The translations under genes were made by a program, and so were the position numbers. 64,000 nt of DNA from a virus (lineage: Duplodnaviria; Caudoviricetes): the IMG/VR virus record IMGVR_UViG_3300046786_000304, positions 169,465 through 233,464 of that record. The stretch is one strand, 5' to 3'. This document shows positions 58,829 through 64,000 of this stretch, one piece after another; position 1 is the first letter of the stretch, and each line of letters opens with the position of its first letter. Below the pieces are notes generated by a model. The model had not been told where the DNA came from, searched no databases, and worked only from the letters and a program-made list of their open reading frames with translations.

Positions 58829-59589
58829 AATTTTTAATTAGTTTATTACTGTTATTTTCCACCAATGTCTATGCGGCTACTAGCTATGGTGTCTATGATC
58901 TAAGTGAGCTAAGATATGAACATAGTTTTAACACCGACGAAGTTCGCAGTATTGCCAGTATTACAAAATTGTTTACAGCCATGGCGGTATTGAACAGTGA
59001 TGTTTATATTGGCGAAGAAGTTAAGGTACAAGGTACTGCTAGTGGAAGATTTGCCCGAGGTGTTTATATTGAACGCTACGAATTGCTTCGTGCTATGCTA
59101 ATGAGCAGTGACAATTTGGCCGCAGAATCATTGGCTCATGCCCATCCAGGCGGATACAATAAGTTTATTAGAGATGTGAACTTAATGATATCCGATTTGG
59201 GTTTAAAAAATACTGTTATAGTTGACAGTACAGGACTGTTGCCTGGTAATAAAAGCTCAGTGGACGATCTCAAAGACTTTTTGTTTACACTAAGAAAATA
59301 TCCTTTAATTCAAAAATTAAGCACAGAAAAATTATATACATATCAATACAAAAAAGGTAAGAAAACTCTTACTATACAGTTGCGTAATACCAATCCTCAG
59401 ATGTGGACCTACGATAATATTGTGTTAACGAAAACTGGATACACAAATCCAGCAGGCCGTTGTTTGGCTATGCTGGTTGAAAAGGAAGACAAGTTGTTTG
59501 CTGTCATTACACTTGGCAACAAAGACGTTAAGCAACGAAGTCAAAACATCGCAACAATGATGAATGACATTGGCATTGGCAGTAAATGA
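58810..59589 (+). CDS. D-Ala-D-Ala peptidase S11 (PBP5/PBP7-like), secreted (likely start 58825)
   Basis: Signal peptide; SITK (SxxK), SDN (SxN), KTG. Confidence 0.9.
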   Translation: MGSYTMKFLISLLLLFSTNVYAATSYGVYDLSELRYEHSFNTDEVRSIASITKLFTAMAVLNSDVYIGEEVKVQGTASGRFARGVYIERYELLRAMLMSSDNLAAESLAHAHPGGYNKFIRDVNLMISDLGLKNTVIVDSTGLLPGNKSSVDDLKDFLFTLRKYPLIQKLSTEKLYTYQYKKGKKTLTIQLRNTNPQMWTYDNIVLTKTGYTNPAGRCLAMLVEKEDKLFAVITLGNKDVKQRSQNIATMMNDIGIGSK

Positions 59590-59639
59590 ACACGTATCCT
59601 ATCGTAAATTCAAACTAAATACAGATAACGGAGAATAGA

Positions 59640-60443
59640 ATGATTATACCAAACCCAGATTTCGTTAACAGATCAAAAAATGTTGCGCCTGAAGATTCAG
59701 ATATAACAATTGAACAACAACAAAATATGCCGCTTTTGGCAAAGATTCCTGGTCTACAAGTTGACATTGAGAAACTAAACTGGCATTTACAAAATGTAGT
59801 AAAACAGTACGAACCAGTATACACACGAACAGAGCCTGATAAGCCAATGAAGAAATATGGAGGTTGGTCTGTTACTAGCTTTAACGGAGATTACCGTAAC
59901 GGATGGGATCAATTTCAAGGCCAGAACAATGTCGATCCATTGGCGAGATACAAGAACAACTGGAGACCTCGTTCTTTCTTTAATAAAAAGACTCAAATCT
60001 GCACAGGTTATTTGAACGAAGTTGTGGACATGGTAAACGATATGGGTTTCTTTACTAGAGGGATCAGAATTTGGGATAATCCTATAGGTGGCCATCACAT
60101 TGGATGGCATACCGATGGCCCATCCAATGTATACTCTGTTCGATTGCATATCCCGATTGTAACAAATCCTGATTGTGTCCATGTATGGGCTACTCTTCCA
60201 GAAGAAACACGAATTCATATTCCGGCTGATGGTAGTGCCTACTTGTTCAGAACAAATGTCACTCACGATACTTTCAACTACGGAACTACTGAGCGGTACC
60301 ATTTAATTTTTGAAACTTGGGATGTAAAGGGAATTGTTCCTGGTTTTAAATATGAATACGACATAGGAAAGATGGTAGCGGCGGATGAAAAATGGGTAGC
60401 AGACATGGAAGCGGAACTGGCTAGACAACAAGGTCGAGTCTAA
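59640..60443 (+). CDS. Asp/Asn beta-hydroxylase-like 2OG-Fe(II) oxygenase, paralog of 19461..20414
   Basis: WHTD..RLHIPI..HIPADGSAYLF..TH..RYHLIF. Confidence 0.72.
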   Translation: MIIPNPDFVNRSKNVAPEDSDITIEQQQNMPLLAKIPGLQVDIEKLNWHLQNVVKQYEPVYTRTEPDKPMKKYGGWSVTSFNGDYRNGWDQFQGQNNVDPLARYKNNWRPRSFFNKKTQICTGYLNEVVDMVNDMGFFTRGIRIWDNPIGGHHIGWHTDGPSNVYSVRLHIPIVTNPDCVHVWATLPEETRIHIPADGSAYLFRTNVTHDTFNYGTTERYHLIFETWDVKGIVPGFKYEYDIGKMVAADEKWVADMEAELARQQGRV

Positions 60444-60491
60444 AATTTGACAATAAATCCATTCCAGATACAATACTTGTATTGATAGAAA

Positions 60492-62708
60492 ATGAACAAA
60501 TACCCTATTAAGATTGAATGGGAAATAGGCGATGGTTATGGACAGCCATGGAATGAATTATGTGCTGTGATCATTGAGAAGTTTGGTTTACCCGGCGACA
60601 AATATACCACAGAAGTTACAAATCATTGGATGATTTTTCACTTTAAAGAACAAGAAGATCAGCTCATGGCCAAGCTGACATTGGGCGACACAGCCGGAAC
60701 AAATTGACACAAATTCAACTCCGTTGTATAATACAAACACTTAAACAAAGGAGTTCGAAATGAACAAATATCAAATTCAAGCCCTAGTTGACATGGGCAA
60801 AATCGCAGTGGCAATCTTCGCTTTCATTGCCATTTTCAACGCCATCATTGCGTTTGAGCTAATGACAGTTCCAAATCTATTTGGCTCTATCTCATTGATT
60901 GCCTGCTTCTACTGTATCTACCAACTGTATCTTATTCGTGTAGGCCAGCTGGAATCGCAGGACAAAGAAACCAATTAATTGACACAAATTGGGTTTGGCG
61001 TTATAATACATACATAGTAAACAAAAAGGAGTTAGCAATGACCGCAGTTTATGATCGTTTGACAGAGCAAGAAAAACGTGAAGTTCGTATGTATGGCGTT
61101 ACCGAAGCAGGTATGCGTGAGTCAGTTGAAAGCTCGTTGACTTTTAAGTTCTCCGGTCCAATGATGGTTGCCGCTGGTATCCTTAGCGATGCTCAAGAAA
61201 TGATTAACACAGAGTACGGCGACATTGACTATATGCGAGCAGAAGATGCCCGCCAAGCAATCAATCGTGCCAAGTGGATTATGTTTGAATACATGTCTAA
61301 ATAAAATGTTTCCAGCAACAAATAGTAACAAGATAACCTACGAGTATTTTTGTGTCATGGGCGGATTATCTAATCCCAGCGTACAAAAAGTCCAACACAA
61401 TAATGGCTCGTATGTCTATTACACTTATCATTTAACGTCAGTCAGATAAAGGAGTTCAAAATGAAAGAAATCAAAATTAAAGTATTTGGTGACTCTGGTC
61501 ATGCTTGGGCCCGCTTTCCAAAAGCTCGTTTGGTCAAACTTGGCATCGCTGATAAGATCACTCCCTACAGTTATCAAAATGGCGCCAATGCCTTTTTGGA
61601 AGAAGACTGCGATTTGTCCACACTGATTAACACTTTGCAGTCTCAAGGTTTTAAGATTAAGTTTCAAGAAAGTTATACCAACAAACGAAGCAAGATTCGT
61701 AGTTATAACTCTTATCATGCTTAATTGACACAAATTGGGTTTGGTTATATAATACATAAATCGCAATAAGGAGTTGATATGAAACTTACCACAGCAATCT
61801 CAGTCTTGGAAAAAGATGCTAAATTTGTGGGCATGAACTTTTTGGACTTTATTCGGTTCGTTAAAGATCACCCATTGGCTCAAACTCAAAAGACTTTAGA
61901 AGCCTATCGTGTGTTTAAGGCAGAAGCCACTGAGTTCTTTGCTTAAGGAACAATCATGGACTTTGCTATTAAAATAATCAAAGGTGTCGGTGAAGTTGGT
62001 ATTGATACAGAAGCCAGTCCGGGCAATGGTAAGTTCTATGTTAAACTTTATGACGGCTCATATGATGCCAGTGGATTTGATTCTTTTGAAGAAGCCTTAG
62101 CAGAGTTAGAGTTTTGCGTTAATTGACACAAATTGGTTTTGGTGTTATAATTAATACTTAGAAACAAGGAGTTGACAATGAAATACGAAGTGATTGCACA
62201 TTGGAAGCTGTCAGAGTTCGAGAAGTTAGTCACAGAGCGTCTAACAGCAGGTTGGACCTTAGTAGGTAGTATGGCTGTGTCTAAAGAGAACGGCAGTGAA
62301 AGTTTCTATCAAGCAATGGTCAAAGGGAGTTGATATGGGCTATCGTGTTATGAATTCTGTGGACAATATGCGCGAAAAATATACTGCCCGCAAAGGCTTA
62401 GAAGGTCCTTTCAACTACGATGGTCGCGTTCTTTACTACGATCCAAAAGAAGGGAAATATTATGACCCTACAACTGATTTTTATATCGAGAATGATGAAT
62501 TGGCCATCATCATGAAAATGTCTAACGTCTGATGAAAACTCTTTTAGAAAAGATCGGCAACTTCTTCAATGCTCCTTGCCGTGATGAAGAGATTGAAAAC
62601 AGATTCTATCAGCGACTCGAAGATATGAAAAAGCATCCGGAAAAATATCCGCATATTCTCAAGCGAGACTGCGGCTGTTCAAAGGTCCCACCGGTTTCAC
62701 TATTTTAA
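60492..62708 (+). CDS. Early micro-gene cassettes (60492-60707, 60760-60978, 61038-61304, 61461-61724, 61779-61946, 61956-62126, 62178-62333, 62335-62532, 62532-62708)
   Basis: Most are preceded by a repeated promoter and/or AAGGAG SD. Confidence 0.65.
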
Positions 62709-62717
62709 GGAATTGTC

Positions 62718-63497
62718 ATGAACGAACGATATAAAACACTTTGGTTTGAGGCGGCCGAACTAGAATCTGATCCTTCTTGGGAAGGACAAACAAAGTTTAT
62801 GGCTAAGTTCGCCGAGTTGATTGTCCTAGATTGTATTGAAGTTATTGTGAGAAATGAACACGCTTCTTTGAATATCAGTAATTTCACAGATGAAAAAGCA
62901 CAAGGTATCCAATTAGGATTAGAATTCGCCACTATTGATATTGCGGAACATTTCGGAGTCGAAGAATGAACGAACGAATTAAAGAACTTGCTGAACAGGC
63001 TGGTATGCACGATTTTGTCCTTGAAGCAATGGGCATTGGTGAAGAATTTGAAAAGTTCGCCGAGTTGATTGTGGAAGAATGTAGATATGTGATGGATTGT
63101 AATAAAGGCAGTGACCAGAATCCAGCGTGGAATCAGGCATTGTGGGAAACAAGCGAAAAGATTAAACAACATTTCGGAGTTGAAGAATGATTGAATTTTT
63201 AATAGTTTATGCCATTGCTCTTGGAATGTTATTCCTGTTGGCAATAGTAGGCAGTCTTTTTGTTCGAGGATTAGACAAATGAACCAACGAATCAAAGACC
63301 TTAAACAACAGGCCACGGACTATGTTGACGGCGTTGATGCTGAACTTAAACTGGATCATTATCAGCAATTCGTAGACCTAAAATTCGCCGAGTTGGTATT
63401 AGTTGAAGTATATGCTTACATTCTTAATGCTACACTGGACGACCAACCGTGGCCAGATTTTGCTACGGTCAAGCGACATTTTTTCGGAATTGAATGA
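62718..63497 (+). CDS. Three paralogous MNERIKEL...KFAELIV...HFG(V/I)E proteins (62718, 62966, 63279) with a 31-aa TM ORF (63187-63282) between
   Basis: Shared peptide pattern and DNA repeats AAGTTCGCCGAGTTG and AACATTTCGGAGT. Confidence 0.7.
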
Positions 63498-63653
63498 TGG
63501 ATCCGCAAGCACTATACAACGAATTATGGGCTAAAATCCACGATTTAGTGGATAGTGAGTTAGCAAACGCTGACCCGGAAACAGAAGAATACATCCGTGA
63601 AAAACTCACGGAATCTTTTAGATTTTGGAAGCGTGAAGAATAAATACTATACT

Positions 63654-64000
63654 ATGACAAACAAATCTATCCGCGATTATATCAACCTTATTGAAAATGC
63701 CCAAAGTGAAGAAGTAGCAGAGGGCTGGACCAAAACTCCCAGTGGTGATTATATAAATCAACACACTGGTGTTCGTTCATCTAAACCTCCTGTAAAGAAA
63801 AAACGAGGCGAAAAGACTGGAGCCGAGTGGGACGCAATAGAGAAAGCAAAGAAGGATAAAGAGCAAGGTGTGACGGAAGGCGAAGCCGGCAATTACTATT
63901 CAATAGCACTACAAATGTATCCACATTTAAGGCAATTTGATAGAGCAACTGTAATTACCGCGTTGAATAATGCGTATGAGGATTATCTAATGCACTATGG
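63654..64000 (+). CDS. 3'-truncated late protein, possible internal head protein
   Basis: ATAAATA upstream; open to the window end; EEVAEG and GVTEG motifs. Confidence 0.6.
   Translation, partial: MTNKSIRDYINLIENAQSEEVAEGWTKTPSGDYINQHTGVRSSKPPVKKKRGEKTGAEWDAIEKAKKDKEQGVTEGEAGNYYSIALQMYPHLRQFDRATVITALNNAYEDYLMHY

Larger units (their letters stand above)
51334..62151 (+). promoter_or_regulatory. Family of near-identical early sigma70 promoters (AATTGACACAAATT...TATAAT)
   Basis: -35 boxes at 51334 (TTGGCA), 51684, 54060, 60704, 60979, 61725, 62123, each with a 17-nt spacer; 60447 has a 16-nt spacer. Confidence 0.9.

Noticed and set aside
766-63316. Many antisense or nested ORFs in the track (e.g. 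905-1285, 10586-11080, 42376-42939, 59787-60302, 62705-63316)
   Set aside because: They lie opposite or inside well-supported genes, lack SD sequences and have no recognisable motifs; shadow ORFs.
1-64000. Genome-wide alternative genetic code (TAG or TGA reassigned)
   Set aside because: Long conserved genes (nrdA, nrdB, clpX, helicases) are uninterrupted in code 11, and TGA is a frequent stop; only one internal TAG was found.

Overview
Dense, AT-rich segment of a large T4-like (myovirus-type) bacteriophage genome, mostly on the + strand. In order it holds: replication genes (UvsW-like helicase, gp62-like clamp-loader subunit, a 187-aa mini-DnaE, primase, DnaB/gp41 helicase); a late/virion block; an exonuclease and nrdA-nrdB-glutaredoxin; PAAR and a large structural protein; a GH19 lysozyme; an RNA locus (two-piece permuted tmRNA plus a CUA-anticodon tRNA); ahpC-ahpD; an S-layer-like gene; a LuxR-associated island with four paralogous fibre-like genes; several radical-SAM and 2OG-Fe(II) enzymes; tandem APRTs; a clpX-infC-rpsU-hsp20-clpS module; and an early region of small genes behind repeated sigma70 promoters. 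The Bug/TctC domain and AhpC/AhpD type suggest a proteobacterial, probably betaproteobacterial, host (inference). The standout is at 29371-30285. An amber-suppressor tRNA (anticodon CUA) lies about 290 nt upstream of a gene whose best start (ATG 29731, AAGGAG SD 8 nt upstream) has an in-frame TAG at codon 3. The rest of the window reads in the standard code and almost never uses TAG as a stop. This looks like a dedicated amber-gated expression switch or incipient codon reassignment. All calls are by-eye motif recognition; no database searches were run.
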